DNA of 36,299 nucleotides from Candidatus Nomurabacteria bacterium RIFCSPLOWO2_01_FULL_39_17 (GTDB lineage: Bacteria > Patescibacteriota > Minisyncoccia > Phycocordibacterales > UBA9973), in NCBI GenBank assembly GCA_001785805.1, contig MFUU01000005.1, positions 1 through 36,299 on the forward strand, in the 5' to 3' direction. Shown here piece after piece: positions 8,362 to 16,353 of the stretch. Numbering within the stretch: position 1 is the stretch's first letter; each line of letters begins with the position of its first letter. The notes beneath the pieces were generated by a model, which saw only the letters and a program-made list of their open reading frames with translations, was not told the origin of the DNA and did not search any database. The position numbers and the translations under genes are program-made.

Positions 8362-9213
8362 ATGCAAAAAGTTATAGTAATAATGGGTCAGACTGCTACG
8401 GGAAAAAGCGCGCTGGCCATAAAACTTGCTAAAAAATTAGGTGGCGAAGTGGTCTCGGCTGATTCGAGGCAGATATACAAGGGTCTTGATATCGGTACTG
8501 GCAAGATAAGTAAAAAAGAAATGAGTGGGATTCCGCATCATTTAATTAATGTGGCGAGTCCAAAATATAAATTCACTGTTGCAGAATATCAACATAAAGC
8601 AATCTACGCTATAGCGGAGATATTGAAGAGGAATAAAGTGCCGATAATTTGCGGAGGCACAGGTTTTTATATTGATGCGGTGACGGAAGGAATAGTACTA
8701 CCTAGGGTTCCTCCAAATAATAAACTTCGTAAGAAACTGTACACACAGTCAGCGATAGCATTATATGCCTACTTACAAAAGATAGATAAAAGGCGCGTGA
8801 AAGATATAAATAAAAATAATAAAGTGCGATTAATCAGAGCGATTGAGATAGCGAAATATTTAGGCAAAGTTCCTAAAATCACCAAAACCAAACCTAAATA
8901 TAACTTCGTTAAAATAGGAATTCGCGTAAATGAAAAAGATTTAAGGAAAAATATAGAGAAAAGGGTCGTTAAAATGTTTAAAAAGGGGTTATTGAACGAA
9001 ATTAAAAAATTAAAGCAGTCTGGTGTGTCAAATAGAAGGCTAAAAGAATTCGGTTTCGAATACTGGAAGCCCACAAAAGAAAGTGTAATCATGGGAACTT
9101 TGAAATACGCTAAACGTCAAAACACCTGGTTTAAGCGCGATAAAAAAATTAAATGGTTCTCTCCCACTAAATATAAAAAAATAGAGAAATATGTTCACGA
9201 AAAAGTTTTATAA
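8362..9213 (+). CDS. miaA: tRNA dimethylallyltransferase
   Basis: The P-loop is IMGQTATGKSALAIKLA. SADSRQIYKGLDIGTGK, GIPHHLI and GGTGFYI also match. Confidence 0.9.
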   Translation: MQKVIVIMGQTATGKSALAIKLAKKLGGEVVSADSRQIYKGLDIGTGKISKKEMSGIPHHLINVASPKYKFTVAEYQHKAIYAIAEILKRNKVPIICGGTGFYIDAVTEGIVLPRVPPNNKLRKKLYTQSAIALYAYLQKIDKRRVKDINKNNKVRLIRAIEIAKYLGKVPKITKTKPKYNFVKIGIRVNEKDLRKNIEKRVVKMFKKGLLNEIKKLKQSGVSNRRLKEFGFEYWKPTKESVIMGTLKYAKRQNTWFKRDKKIKWFSPTKYKKIEKYVHEKVL

Positions 9214-9801
9214 AATCTTTTTTCTTCTGAAATAATGAACAATACCGGGTAAGATTGATAGAAAAATTACTAGCAGAATTACATAAATAAGATAATCATG
9301 AATTTGCGGAAAGATTCTACCTAAATAGTATCCACTTAGAACGAAAGAGGTAGACCAGATAAATGCGCCCAAGAAACTGTAGCGGATAAAGCTAAAGTAT
9401 TCCATATGAGTGATACCCGCCACTATTGGTAAAAATGTCCGGACGACGGGTACGAAACGGGACAATATCATCGCCGATAAGCCGTGTTTCTCTAAGAAAT
9501 TATGTGCTTCATTGATGTATTCTTGCTTAAAAATTTTTCTAAAGAAAGCGTAACGCTTAAGATGTTCCAGTTTAATGCCTATATAATACCCCACTATTCC
9601 TCCTCCATATGCCGCGACAAAAACAAGCAAAGTAAGAAATATGATATTAAAATTGAGTATCGGCGCCAGAAGCCCAGCGGTAAAAATCAAACTGTCGCCC
9701 GGTAATGGAAAAAAAATTCCAGATTCTAAAAATATTATAATAAATATGCCGAGTTGTCCGTAGGTAGTGATTATATTTGTTATATCAAAAAGTTGAGGCA
9801 T
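9208..9801 (-). CDS. dedA: DedA/VTT-family inner membrane protein
   Basis: FLESGIFFPLPGDSLIFTAGLLA and LSRFVPVVRTFLPIVAG are the DedA signature, and there are multiple TM segments. The gene overlaps the miaA 3' end by 6 nt (convergent). Confidence 0.8.
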   Translation of the reverse strand: MPQLFDITNIITTYGQLGIFIIIFLESGIFFPLPGDSLIFTAGLLAPILNFNIIFLTLLVFVAAYGGGIVGYYIGIKLEHLKRYAFFRKIFKQEYINEAHNFLEKHGLSAMILSRFVPVVRTFLPIVAGITHMEYFSFIRYSFLGAFIWSTSFVLSGYYLGRIFPQIHDYLIYVILLVIFLSILPGIVHYFRRKKIL

Positions 9802-9875
9802 TTATTTATTATGTTTTTTTATCCACCATTTTTTGATAAAAGGCAAAGATTGCACAGATAAAAAATATCCCATAG

Positions 9876-9946
9876 CGGGCGATGAGGGAATCGAACCCCC
9901 GACATCGGTTTTGGAGACCGAAGTTATGCCACTTAACTAATCGCCC
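9876..9946 (-). tRNA. tRNA-Trp(CCA), no encoded CCA
   Basis: The minus strand reads GGGCGAT-TA-GTTAAGTGGCATAAC-T-TCGGT-CTCCAAA-ACCGA-TGTC-GGGGG-TTCGATT-CCCTC-ATCGCCC-G. It folds as a cloverleaf with anticodon CCA. Confidence 0.9.
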
Positions 9947-10018
9947 AAATAAGTATTAAACATTAAAAAACGACCAACGGCCGCCTTTAAGTATAGCAAA
10001 TAAGCTAAAATTAAGAAA

Positions 10019-10177
10019 TTACTTCTTGATTTCTTTATGCTTGGTTTGTTTGCGGCACCATTTGCAGAATTTTTTAAGCTCGATTTTTTTAGTAACGAGT
10101 TTTTTGTTCTTGCTGGACCAGTAATTTATGCGCTTGCAGGTTCCGCAAGCAAGTTTTATAAGTCTATCTTGTGACAT
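10019..10177 (-). CDS. rpmG: 50S ribosomal protein L33
   Basis: Too short for the ORF track. My translation is MSQDRLIKLACGTCKRINYWSSKNKKLVTKKIELKKFCKWCRKQTKHKEIKK (52 aa), with CxxC...CxxC and the L33 pattern. Confidence 0.85.
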   Translation of the reverse strand: MSQDRLIKLACGTCKRINYWSSKNKKLVTKKIELKKFCKWCRKQTKHKEIKK

Positions 10178-10184
10178 AGGCTAA

Positions 10185-10213
10185 ATACTAATATAAAATG
10201 GCCCTAAAAGCAA
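10185..10213 (-). promoter_or_regulatory. Candidate rpmG promoter TTGCTT-17-TAGTAT, -10 box 7 nt before the ATG
   Basis: The minus strand reads TTGCTT (10213-10208), a 17-nt spacer, TAGTAT (10190-10185), ttagcct, then ATG. No SD is present. Confidence 0.4.
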
Positions 10214-10239
10214 CCCACACCAATGCGGGGCAAGCCCTC

Positions 10240-11337
10240 TTATTTCACCGAGGTTTTTAATTTCTTTTCTTTTTCAAATCGCTCCAGAGCAAGATCAATT
10301 AACTTATCTAAAAGCTTGGTTAACGGTATACCACTTGCCTCCCAAAGTTTTGGATACATGCTATGACTAGTAAAACCCGGAATTGTATTAATTTCACAGA
10401 CAACAAATTTATTATTTTTTTTCTGAAGAAACAAATCAACACGAGCCATTCCCTCACAAGCAAGAACTTTATAAGAATCAACTGCGATTTTACGAGCTTT
10501 TTTACTTAAAGTCTTAGATATCTTTGCCGGTATATCAATAAGAGCACCATGTTCATTACTATATTTTGCCTCATAGTCATAAAATTCACGGTCAGTTATA
10601 ATTTCACATGGAATAGACGCTTGTGGACTTTCGTTGCCGAGTACCGCAATAGCAAGTTCACGTCCGTCAATAAATTCTTCAACAATGATTTTGCTGTCGT
10701 ACTTAAAAGCTTCTTTTAGGGCTTTTTTATATTCTTTTTCATTTTTTACCTTGCTTATTCCAACAGAAGAACCTAAATTGGCGGGTTTGATAAAAACAGG
10801 CATTCCGAGACGTTTTTTAGTTTCTTTAAAACTTAAATTTTCTCCCATATTTAAAACAAAAAATTTACCAACAGAAACGCCGGTATCTCGAAGCAATCTT
10901 TTCATCACATCTTTATCCATACTAACAGCAGAACCGAGCACCCCAGCACCGACGAAAGGTATACCAGCAAGTTTAAGCAAACCTTGCACACTCCCATCTT
11001 CCCCAAAGGGTCCGTGAAGCATAGGAATAATTACATCTATTTTACTGCCGGATTTTTCGTCATTCACAGATACTAATTTACCTTTGTTGTCTGCATGAAG
11101 GACAACTTCTTTATTCGATTTATTTAATTTTACAAACTTTACATTATCACTATTTAATAAATAATTAGAAGTACTGTTTAGTAACCATCTACCGCTTTTA
11201 TCAATCCCAATGGATATGACATCATATTTTTTCTTGTCGAGCATTTCAATAACATTTTTCGCAGACTGAAGAGACACTTCATGTTCAGCCGATTTACCGC
11301 CGAACAAAACCCCGATTTTCAGTTTCTTTTTTGCCAT
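10240..11337 (-). CDS. ddl: D-alanine--D-alanine ligase
   Basis: The ORF track starts at a TTG (11355) abutting the upstream stop. The ATG at 11337 gives MAKKKLKIGVLFGGKSAEHEVSL, a classic Ddl N-terminus. The ATP-grasp core includes PVFIKPANLGSSVGISKV and ARVDLFL...EINTIPGFT. Confidence 0.9.
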   Translation of the reverse strand: MAKKKLKIGVLFGGKSAEHEVSLQSAKNVIEMLDKKKYDVISIGIDKSGRWLLNSTSNYLLNSDNVKFVKLNKSNKEVVLHADNKGKLVSVNDEKSGSKIDVIIPMLHGPFGEDGSVQGLLKLAGIPFVGAGVLGSAVSMDKDVMKRLLRDTGVSVGKFFVLNMGENLSFKETKKRLGMPVFIKPANLGSSVGISKVKNEKEYKKALKEAFKYDSKIIVEEFIDGRELAIAVLGNESPQASIPCEIITDREFYDYEAKYSNEHGALIDIPAKISKTLSKKARKIAVDSYKVLACEGMARVDLFLQKKNNKFVVCEINTIPGFTSHSMYPKLWEASGIPLTKLLDKLIDLALERFEKEKKLKTSVK

Positions 11338-11355
11338 TTCAAGAGTATACCCCAA

Positions 11356-12084
11356 TTATTTTAAAATCGCACTCTTTAAATCTTTGGGTACATTTGTCAG
11401 ATTCTTACATCCATTCTTGGTAATTAAAACCATATCTTCTATCCGTACACCGCCGAAACCTTTCAAATATATTCCAGGCTCAACAGTCATTACACAACCT
11501 GTTGGCAAAATATCTTTGCTCTTAGGCTTAAAATTAGGCCATTCGTGTATAACCGTGCCTACCCCATGACCCAAACCGTGCTTAAAATTATTCCTAAATT
11601 TTTTACCCAAAAATCTTCGGGCGGTATAATCTATAATCTTTGCTCTTCTTTCTCCTTTCTGTAATTTTTTAATTGCGCGGTTTTGAGCTTCCAGAACTGC
11701 TAAGTAAACCTTCTTTTGCTTTTTTGAGGGTTGCCCCCAGAAGAATGTACGAGTCATATCCGAACAATAATGATTTACCGTACAGCCGAAATCAAACATA
11801 ATTATATCTCCTTTTTTGAGCTTAGTTTTTCCTGGCTCGTGATGAATATTGGCAGTATTTTTGCCGAAAGAAACAATCGGCGGGAAAGATAAAATCGGCG
11901 CGCCGTACTTCACAAACATTTTCTTAATCTGGTTGGCAATTTGAATTTCAGAAACTCCGGTCTTTAAATTTACTACAATATATCGTAGTACTTTCTCGCT
12001 AATTTTTTGCGCTTTTACAATATTTACAAGTTCTTTCTTATTTTTCACTGCCCGCACTTTATGTATAAGTTTTGTTTTCTGCAT
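11356..12084 (-). CDS. M24-family metallopeptidase (Xaa-Pro aminopeptidase-like, catalytic domain only)
   Basis: The pita-bread fold metal ligands are present: FDFGCTVNHYCSDMTRT (D, D), HGLGHGVG (H), VEPGIY (E) and VRIEDMV (E). Confidence 0.8.
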   Translation of the reverse strand: MQKTKLIHKVRAVKNKKELVNIVKAQKISEKVLRYIVVNLKTGVSEIQIANQIKKMFVKYGAPILSFPPIVSFGKNTANIHHEPGKTKLKKGDIIMFDFGCTVNHYCSDMTRTFFWGQPSKKQKKVYLAVLEAQNRAIKKLQKGERRAKIIDYTARRFLGKKFRNNFKHGLGHGVGTVIHEWPNFKPKSKDILPTGCVMTVEPGIYLKGFGGVRIEDMVLITKNGCKNLTNVPKDLKSAILK

Positions 12085-12091
12085 AATTTTT

Positions 12092-12100
12092 ATATTATCA
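12092..12100 (-). promoter_or_regulatory. Extended -10 box TGaTAATAT, 7 nt before the M24 peptidase ATG
   Basis: The minus strand reads TGATAATAT-aaaaatt-ATG. No SD is present. Confidence 0.35.
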
Positions 12101-12131
12101 CTTTTGGACAGCTGTTAAAATTTGATAACAT

Positions 12132-13856
12132 TTAATATACTTCTTGTTGATAACACTGTTCGCAGTACACTATTTCGGGTCGGTCTGGGGCATACGAGGT
12201 TTTAAATTCCTCTTCGCATTTTCCATCTTTGTGAAAATGTCCTTGCTTTTCACACATGCAAGCCCTATGCCATAATTTACGCGGGTTACGTAATTTAAAT
12301 CTATCCTGCCTGCGACAAGGGAAACATTTTTCTGGTATGGGTAAGTTTAGAATTTTATATAAAGAAAGTTCTAAAGGAGTAATTTTAAAAGCAGTCGTGC
12401 ATAAAGAATATTTTTCTTTTCCATAAGAAGAGTTTTGTGAAGAACATTGAATTGTTTCTTCTGTAATATTTTCCCTTATATCACTGGGTGTCCTTGGTAA
12501 ATCCTTAGTCAAAAGACTTACTTTGTAATCACGAGTTGGACGATCATACCAAGCATAGCCCTTTTTAAGAGCTTCTTTTTTTGTTATTGGAAAGTAGTCT
12601 TGCGCCATAGATTCATTGTATGTAAATGGTGATACGTGACTGGGAAAATATTCGCCCCATTCTTTTGTATTTTGCATATATTCAATAATCTTTTTCTTTA
12701 ACTCAAAATACGCTTCTCTAGTATATTGTTTGTTTAATATACAATATTGATTTTTTTTAAGACCAAAACAACCAAAGCATTCATTTACCCCAAAACACAT
12801 ATCGCAATAACATGAATCGGTTATGCTATTAAAGCAACTTCTAATAAATATAGACCTATGGGGCGTATCAACTCCCTGAACTTCGTATGATAATTGTCCT
12901 ATTATTATTTCTGTACAATCTAAGCAATCTTCTGTTTGTAACCATGCATCTTGCATATATGCAGTATCTTTATTTTCTTTACAATTAAATGCATAACGTG
13001 CCAGCTTACAATTTTCTATATAATCACCAGTCGAATTTGGGATTTGCGAACCATGGTAATATTTTACAGGAATAGTTATACGAAATTTCATAAGTTTTTC
13101 CATTGATTCCTTTATAGATTTTCGATCAAAAACAAATTGTTTTAATTTTTCATCATATTCCTTTTTTGTAAGTGCCTTATTAAACCAATGATACTGTTTT
13201 TCACGAAGTCCAATACACCCAAAACAATCTAAACATCCCCGACAATCAATACAAAATTTTAGTTGGACAGAATCAGAACAATCTTGACACCATATGCACT
13301 TAGAACACCTAGCAATGTTTACAGATTCATAACAAAATTCGCTTTTAAAAGCCATATAACAATCTCCGCAAAAATGACTATTTTGGCACCAACTTCCATA
13401 CATGCATTTTTCGTTTGAACCACTAGTAACAAGCATGTAGCACTCTTTGTTATCCTGAGATTGGTTTGTGTATTCGCTGTTTTCGCTTCGTGAATTTACT
13501 AATGCTAAATGAGGTACAACTTGTCGTAGTTTTTCATACTGTTCAAAAAATGGTCGATTAAAATCAAAGTCACGTCCATATTGCCTAGCATCAAATGCGT
13601 CAGATTTCCAGTATTCCTGTTCGTATACGGGAAATAACAACCCTGGTCGATAAATAGAAATTATTGATTTTCCTGTAGCATTACATTTCCTCTTGTAAAA
13701 ATTATATTCATTTCTATCTAAAAGTCGTCTGATATAGCGGCATTCCGGGCAAAAGGTCGGAGGAGGAACTTTTATCTTCTCGTAAAATCCAAAATCGTCT
13801 GGTTCTATGGTGAAATCATTTTTACAATTCTGACATTTTCTCATTTCACTTTTCAT
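12132..13856 (-). CDS. Cysteine-rich (40 Cys) zinc-ribbon / CxxC-repeat protein, internally duplicated, function unknown
   Basis: The ORF is 574 aa, with its ATG 6 nt after the rseP stop. It begins with an N-terminal ribbon CQNC-x24-CPEC. Two Cys modules each end in a shared signature (DCFGCIGLREKQYHWFNKALTKKEY and ECFGCFGLKKNQYCILNKQYTREAY). The C-terminus carries CFPC and C-x17-CEQC, ending YAPDRPEIVYCEQCYQQEVY. I see no signal peptide or TM segment. Confidence 0.8.
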   Translation of the reverse strand: MKSEMRKCQNCKNDFTIEPDDFGFYEKIKVPPPTFCPECRYIRRLLDRNEYNFYKRKCNATGKSIISIYRPGLLFPVYEQEYWKSDAFDARQYGRDFDFNRPFFEQYEKLRQVVPHLALVNSRSENSEYTNQSQDNKECYMLVTSGSNEKCMYGSWCQNSHFCGDCYMAFKSEFCYESVNIARCSKCIWCQDCSDSVQLKFCIDCRGCLDCFGCIGLREKQYHWFNKALTKKEYDEKLKQFVFDRKSIKESMEKLMKFRITIPVKYYHGSQIPNSTGDYIENCKLARYAFNCKENKDTAYMQDAWLQTEDCLDCTEIIIGQLSYEVQGVDTPHRSIFIRSCFNSITDSCYCDMCFGVNECFGCFGLKKNQYCILNKQYTREAYFELKKKIIEYMQNTKEWGEYFPSHVSPFTYNESMAQDYFPITKKEALKKGYAWYDRPTRDYKVSLLTKDLPRTPSDIRENITEETIQCSSQNSSYGKEKYSLCTTAFKITPLELSLYKILNLPIPEKCFPCRRQDRFKLRNPRKLWHRACMCEKQGHFHKDGKCEEEFKTSYAPDRPEIVYCEQCYQQEVY

Positions 13857-13862
13857 GTTTAC

Positions 13863-14981
13863 TTAAAACAGTTTTATTACATCGTGAAATGTAACAGTGA
13901 TCATTAATAAAATCAAAATTCCAAAACCGATAGCATTGACAGTATTAGCAATTTTAGGATTCATCCGCGAACCTTTTATCTTTTCAATTAGTAAAAAGAA
14001 AAGTCTTCCACCGTCAAGCGCGGGAAATGGCAGTAAGTTAATAATTGCGAGATTTATTGAAATAAGCGCTGAAAAAGACAACAGATAAACAAAACCGAAT
14101 TGATAAGCATCTCCAACTATACCCACCATGCCGACAGGTCCAGTAACAGCATTAAGGCTTCCTTTGCCCATTAGGGCCTCTTTTATAAGCGTATAAAGCC
14201 CTACAACCGTGCCTTTGGTGATAGATGTGGTAAGAGATAAACCCTCTCGAAAAGCCAGTAAAACAGGCAATTTCGCCGTTCCTATCTGATCCATAGAGAT
14301 GCCAATCATAAACTTGCCGTTTTCATCCTTAGGGGTGATTTCTATCATATTGTAAGTAGGGTCTTTACCACGAATATAACCTATCTCTATTTTGTCCCCT
14401 GGAGCTACCATAGATTGTACAGTGGCTGGGCTGATGTAATCTGTAGCTTGACCGTCCTTCTCTATATAAATTATTTTATCTCCGGATTTGAGTCCAGCTA
14501 GCGCCGCTGGAGAGTCTGGCAAGACAGAGATAACCACCAGATGAACATCTTTTACCGAATAATTTTTTATTTCGTTACTGATTGACGTCGGTAATCCGGA
14601 CATAAAACCAATAGAAAACAAAAACCAAGCTAAAAGAAAATTCGCAAATACTCCAGCGAAAAGAATAATCGCCTGTTTCCATTTTGCTTTATGAAAAAAT
14701 TTCCTATCTTCATCAGGATCAGTTATATTCTCACCAGCCTCGCCTAGTGCGAGTCTAGGCGGGTCATCAGGATTCTCTCCAAAGATTTTTACGAATCCGC
14801 CGAAGGGAAGTGCATTGAAAGAATATTCTGTCTCCCCTCTTTTTATGCTAAATAATTTTGGCGGAAAACCAAAACCGAATTCGTCAACTCTGATTCCAAA
14901 CTTCTTCGCAGTAAAAAAATGCCCAAACTCATGGACCAGAACTAGCACTAGGAGTATGACAATAAAAATAATTATAGACAT
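13863..14981 (-). CDS. rseP: RIP site-2 metalloprotease RseP (M50 family with PDZ domain)
   Basis: HEFGHFF lies in the first TM segment. The central PDZ-like segment contains SPAALAGLKSGDKII. The C-terminal NLLPFPALDGG motif is present. Confidence 0.9.
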   Translation of the reverse strand: MSIIIFIVILLVLVLVHEFGHFFTAKKFGIRVDEFGFGFPPKLFSIKRGETEYSFNALPFGGFVKIFGENPDDPPRLALGEAGENITDPDEDRKFFHKAKWKQAIILFAGVFANFLLAWFLFSIGFMSGLPTSISNEIKNYSVKDVHLVVISVLPDSPAALAGLKSGDKIIYIEKDGQATDYISPATVQSMVAPGDKIEIGYIRGKDPTYNMIEITPKDENGKFMIGISMDQIGTAKLPVLLAFREGLSLTTSITKGTVVGLYTLIKEALMGKGSLNAVTGPVGMVGIVGDAYQFGFVYLLSFSALISINLAIINLLPFPALDGGRLFFLLIEKIKGSRMNPKIANTVNAIGFGILILLMITVTFHDVIKLF

Positions 14982-14985
14982 AATT

Positions 14986-15537
14986 CTACCCCATTACCTC
15001 ACGCTCTTTCTTTTCGAAACTTGTTTCTAGATTTTTATTCGTATCATCAATGATTTTCTGAAGTTCTTCTTTGGCACGAAATTTCTCGTCTTCGGTCATT
15101 TTACCCGATTTCTCTTGTGTCTGAACTTCATTCCAAATATTCTCTCGTTCTTTACGGACAGCTATCCTCGCTTCTTCTAACTTTTCTTTCAAAACTTTCA
15201 CCAAATTTTGCCTTGTCTCTGTTGTAAGTTGGGGAAAAATAACTCTTATGCCTGTATCGTCGGTAGCAACCGAGAGTCCTAAATTCTCGGCTATAATTGC
15301 TTTCTCAATATTTTTCACGAGACTTTTATCCCATGGCGCGATGCGCAAGGTCTTCGGATCTTCGATAGAAATAGAAGCTACCGTGTTTAAAGATACATAA
15401 GAGCCATAAGATTCGATAGTAATGCCATCTAACACCAAGGGCGAAGCACGGCCAATATTAAGCTGGCTGTACTCTTTGCCTAAGAATTCTGTCACCTTTT
15501 TCAATCCTGTTTTAAAATTTGAAAAGTTGTATTGCAT
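14986..15537 (-). CDS. frr: Ribosome recycling factor
   Basis: The protein is 183 aa. GRASPLVLDGITIESYG, TLRIAPWDK, PQLTTETRQNLVK and AVRKEREN are typical RRF strings. Confidence 0.9.
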   Translation of the reverse strand: MQYNFSNFKTGLKKVTEFLGKEYSQLNIGRASPLVLDGITIESYGSYVSLNTVASISIEDPKTLRIAPWDKSLVKNIEKAIIAENLGLSVATDDTGIRVIFPQLTTETRQNLVKVLKEKLEEARIAVRKERENIWNEVQTQEKSGKMTEDEKFRAKEELQKIIDDTNKNLETSFEKKEREVMG

Positions 15538-15543
15538 CCCGTC

Positions 15544-15552
15544 ATTATATCA
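15544..15552 (-). promoter_or_regulatory. Extended -10 box TGaTATAAT, 6 nt before the frr ATG (internal, candidate leaderless promoter)
   Basis: The minus strand reads TGATATAAT-gacggg-ATG. It lies in the 21-nt gap between holB and frr. Confidence 0.4.
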
Positions 15553-15558
15553 TACTCA

Positions 15559-16290
15559 TTATATTTTCTCTGGCATTACCAATGCTACAGATTCCATTAG
15601 GCTCTTAGTGGAACTCCCTGGCTGACGGAGAAATTCGCGAACCTTAAAAATTTGCTCAAAATATCTAATGTCAAAGAGACTCTTTGACATACTCTTTGAC
15701 ATATATCTTTTGTGCAGAACAGTCTCAACTGCATTTAGAAATCTGGAAGCTTTTGCTCGGATAGAGTCCGTGGCGACCATTTCATTCCCTTCTTCGTCTT
15801 CAAGCTCCGGTTCAATAAGCAACTCTTTAATGAAATCAATTCTGTCTCGTGGAGACATTTTAATAAATTTTTCTGCTTCTTTTATTTCATTACTTAAACC
15901 GCTTCCGGGCTTTATTAAATAAAATCTAGAAACCAGGGTTTTAAGAAGAGCGTTGGCGTCCGGCACAATTATAAAAAAATGCGTATTTTCTATCGGTTCT
16001 TCGAACATTTTAAGCAACGCGTGTTCTGCATCAAGAGAAAAACGGTGCGCGGAAACAATAAATATCTTTTTACCAATGGTGAAACTTTTCTCATCCGCCA
16101 TTGAACGCAAATTCAATGCTTCTTCTATTTTAAAATTATCAATTTGTATTTCACAAAAATCAGGATTAGCAGAGGTGGCTATATTTAAAACTTCCATAAA
16201 AGAAAAAATGTCGGGTAAAATTTCTTCTCGCTTACCCTCTATAAGGTACGCGTGATGCAAGTTATCTTTATCTAAATGTTGGGATAGCAT
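15559..16290 (-). CDS. holB: DNA polymerase III delta-prime-like clamp-loader subunit (no P-loop)
   Basis: HHAYLIEG lies near the N-terminus. AEHALLKMFEEP and ANALLKTLVSRF match the sensor/SRC region of delta-prime. There is no GxxGxGK motif. Confidence 0.65.
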   Translation of the reverse strand: MLSQHLDKDNLHHAYLIEGKREEILPDIFSFMEVLNIATSANPDFCEIQIDNFKIEEALNLRSMADEKSFTIGKKIFIVSAHRFSLDAEHALLKMFEEPIENTHFFIIVPDANALLKTLVSRFYLIKPGSGLSNEIKEAEKFIKMSPRDRIDFIKELLIEPELEDEEGNEMVATDSIRAKASRFLNAVETVLHKRYMSKSMSKSLFDIRYFEQIFKVREFLRQPGSSTKSLMESVALVMPEKI

Positions 16291-16350
16291 TTTAGGCTTT
16301 AGGCTTTAGGCTTTAGGCTTTAGCTAGTTTCCTAGAGCCTAGCGCCTAAT
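16291..16350. repeat. Copy B of the TAGGC/CTAG hairpin element, with a (TTTAGGC)x4 tandem array
   Basis: There are four perfect heptamers at 16291-16318 plus a degenerate fifth. Left arm 16306-16323 pairs with right arm 16332-16349: 18 positions, made up of 15 Watson-Crick pairs, 2 G-T and 1 mismatch, around an 8-nt loop. The element fills the whole mreB-holB spacer. Confidence 0.65.
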
Positions 16351-16353
16351 TTA

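Noticed and set aside
16291-16324. The heptamer array as a CRISPR array or mobile-element end.
   Set aside because: The repeats are 7 nt long with no spacers, there are only four to five units, and no cas or transposase genes are present. It is a microsatellite-like part of the hairpin element.
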